Source: Camelus dromedarius
Lineage: Eukaryota
Direction: 5' to 3'
Assembly (NCBI RefSeq): GCF_036321535.1
Contig: NC_087437.1
Span: 5,022,001 to 5,086,000 of the forward strand
Length of the DNA: 64,000 nucleotides
Below the pieces are notes generated by a model. That model was not told the origin of the DNA. It did no database searches and worked only from the letters and a program-made list of their open reading frames with translations. The first letter of the stretch is position 1, and every line of letters starts with the position of its first letter. This document shows positions 61,294 through 64,000 of the stretch, one piece after another. The translations under genes were made by a program, and so were the position numbers.

Positions 61294-63317
61294 AGCCTTA
61301 GTTTCCGAGTCTGAAAAATGGGAGATGTACTCACTTTGCCTACCTCCCAGGGATGTTCTGAGACCCACAGGCAATGAGACACATGAACACCCAAAAAATG
61401 ACAAGGCAACATGAAGTGTCATTAGAATCGAGGGACTATATAAAAATAAGTCCAACCACCCTTGCTCAAAATTAGTGTTTTGAAATGTGAGTTGAAAGCC
61501 AAGGTATCCTTTTGGGTCAAACAGCACAGACTTGCCTAGAGAGCACAGATGCACAGGGATTTCAAGCTGAGGGTAGTTTGATCGTCTCATTCGCCTGGCT
61601 CCCACTGGACTATCTCGGCTGTATTGCCAGGGCCCTGCTAGTCCGTCTGCAGCTGGCATCACCTACACTCAGATAACGCACAGACCTCACCACCCCTGTA
61701 CATCTTTAAAACTTTTTTCCCAAACGGGCATAGATATTATTGCAATAAATAAAACACAGAAATACAGAGAAACTTTCCTGAGTTGCTAGTCACATTGATC
61801 AAAATGCATCTTTTAAATCAACCAATATTTTAAAATACATTTAGCATGGAGTTGCATTACGTGCATACTGAACCCACACAAATTTGACGACAGGGGCTTA
61901 GCAGACTTACAAACAGCGAAACCAAAATGAAACCCATAACCAGTCAAGAATGCTGGCTAGTTGGTTACTGTTCCTCCCGATGCCTGGGCTGAGCAGGGAT
62001 TGATAAGTGTGACTGCTGTCCCTTGCTGGGATCTGATCTTACAAATGCCCCTCAAAATAAGTAAGTGTATCTTGGTGTTTATGAGTAATTTAAGGGATTT
62101 TAAAAGGGAACATTTATACAAGTAGCAGTTTCACCTTATCTTTAGAACCTCACTGGCCGTGGAAGAGTTGTCACGTGGAGGCCTGTGAAATTTTTTGGCA
62201 CAAAAGAGGAAGTCTCAGTGGAAACCGCTGGTGGAGCCCAGGAAACCCTGAGACCCCCAGTGGCTCCCAGAGATTGGGGCGGAACCCAGGCCTCTCACTC
62301 AAGGCCAGTCAATGCCCTTTCCTCCCACAACTGTGAAGTCAGGAGGCCTTTTGTGCTGGAGGACAGCCTGTACCCAGGCCTGGGAGCATCCGTGAGCTCC
62401 TACACTGGGCATAGATCCCGGACACCCTCCCAACGCAGGCAGTCTGCCCCAGGCATCTCGGTTTCTCAGGGTCCCCTGGGGGCATCGGGCACAGCAGCCC
62501 AGCCTGCTGACTGTCCCCTTTCTGTTTCTGGTGTAGCCCTAATGCTGGAGTCAGGACTTGGGCTGGAAGAGATTTTCAGGCCCGTTTTGAGCCTCAGGCA
62601 GGGAGGTCAGAGGCGTGTGGGAACCGTCTCAGAGGCCGAGCCGCCTTCAGAAGGCCAGCAGGCACTGACTCCCTTTCCTCCCTTCCTTCCTCAGAAACAT
62701 CCGGCCGGATGCAGCCCGTGTCCCAGCAGCCCTGCACCCTCTACCCTCTGACCCAGCTTTCGAGCTGCCTTTTCCTCCTGAGCGTGGTCATGCATCCTGA
62801 AACCTCTGGCCTCTGTTCCTTGAAAGCCAGAGGCCACCCTTGGGGGCTGAGGGTAGGGGGTGAGTCCCTTGCTGCTGAGCACAGGGGGCTGGGGGCAGCT
62901 GACAGCGGCTGGCAGGCCCGGGAGCGTGAGCAGGAGGCCTGTGTGCTCCCCGCGTTCACCTTCACCACTCACGCTCTAAACTGAGCCCCCTTCTCAGGGC
63001 TCCTTGGAGCCACCTTCCTGCCCTCTAGGGGGTGAAGAGACTTCCTCAGTGGGGGCTACTTCAACACCGAGGTTCTAGAACAGCACACTCTCCAAGCCCC
63101 CGAGGAGGCTGCAGAAATGAGGATGATTGGGTCTCCAGAAGCTTCCTGACCCTGTTAAAGAATAACACATCGAAGCTGGTGGAAGCTTCCTCTGGCTCCC
63201 ATGGCTGGGGGCCAGAGCCCTGCCTGCAGAGTTTAGGTGAACTCACCAGCCTCCTGAGTGTGTGGACACCGGAACAGACAGTGCGATCCACTTTGGAGGC
63301 CATTAAAAACGGGCTGA

Positions 63318-63455
63318 AGGGGGAGGGTGTAGCTCCGTGGTAGAGCATGTGCTTAGCATGAACGAAAAATAAATAAATAAAGATAAACCTAATTATCTAT
63401 CCCCCCCACATTTTTTTAAAACATAAAATTGTTTTTTTAAAAAGAGTTTAAAAAA
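63318..63455 (+). mobile_element. Vic-1-like SINE with an internal deletion removing the B box
   Basis: ggggagggtgtagctccgtggtagagcatgtgcttagcatgaacga joins directly to the tail; approximate TSD aaaaacgggctga / aaaataggctga. Confidence 0.85.
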
Positions 63456-64000
63456 AATAAAAATAGGCTGACTTCTCTTCATTTGGTGATGGTCTGGAAC
63501 AACAGCCCGTGGAAGAAAAGCTCTCCGAGAACGTGAGGACACACAACTCCTTATTTACAAGCCCCGGATTCTGAGCTGTGTTAGGTTCGGTACAAACCCC
63601 CACGTTCTTTGATTGTCTGCACAATACGAAGCACCTAGGGAAGATGTCCGACACCACCAGGACCCTGGAGCTCCAGTGTGGAACTCCTGTCTGGCAGGGA
63701 GTCTTGGAGAAAGAGACTTTGGATGGAAGGTGATGTCCTGCACACGGAGGTTCGAAGCCCACCTCTGAGGGACTCCTCGCCCCAGGAAGTCCCCTAGTAA
63801 GTACCCTCCCCCTCCCTCCTCTGTAACCTCTGCACCCTCCCCCCAGGCGCCATCCTCCCTTCCTCACCTCCTTCCTAATCCAGTTCCAAGACCTCCTGAA
63901 GACTCTCTTGATGGGTCCTTAATCCCCCAGTGCCGCTTTAACTGGGAAACGTGGAGGCGGGAGCGGGGGTGAGAGAGGCAGTCTGGGGAACCTTGCCCCT

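Noticed and set aside
61737..61748. 12-bp palindrome ttattgcaataa (C/EBP-like)
   Set aside because: A single AT-rich palindrome is expected by chance in 64 kb.
62185..62751. 188-aa ORF
   Set aside because: Non-ATG start in GC-rich sequence, low-information composition, no recognisable homology.
1..64000. CRISPR array, operon, prokaryotic defence system or named host gene
   Set aside because: The sequence is mammalian; there is no repeat-spacer array, and I could not recognise exons of any known gene, so no gene symbol is given.

Overview
Mammalian, almost entirely non-coding DNA, most likely camelid (camel/alpaca). That assignment is an inference from about ten copies of a short tRNA-derived SINE resembling camelid Vic-1, together with cetartiodactyl-type L1 3' UTRs. 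The window is dominated by interspersed repeats: one decayed near-full-length L1 (28.7-35.3 kb), many 5'-truncated L1s, MaLR/ERVL/ERV1 LTRs, MIR/L2, and DNA-transposon fossils (Tigger1, Charlie, MER5, MER53, MER63). There is a CpG island at about 42.75-43.14 kb with CTCF-like motifs and two candidate first-exon splice donors. I cannot support any intact cellular protein-coding gene, and I see no new multi-gene system. The unusual signals are mechanistic footprints: (1) two ~32-38 bp templated insertions copied from 1.0 and 1.6 kb downstream, both within 44-49 kb; (2) a TSD-flanked insertion made only of the first ~117 nt of an L1 5' UTR, with its YY1 motif intact; (3) a SINE dimer inside a single TSD pair; (4) a Tigger1 segment that has gained GC/CpG; (5) a MER63>L1>U6 nested insertion; (6) a twin-primed L1 inversion. 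Repeat subfamily names come from recalled consensus sequences and need RepeatMasker/Dfam confirmation. Repeat boundaries are approximate unless TSDs are quoted.
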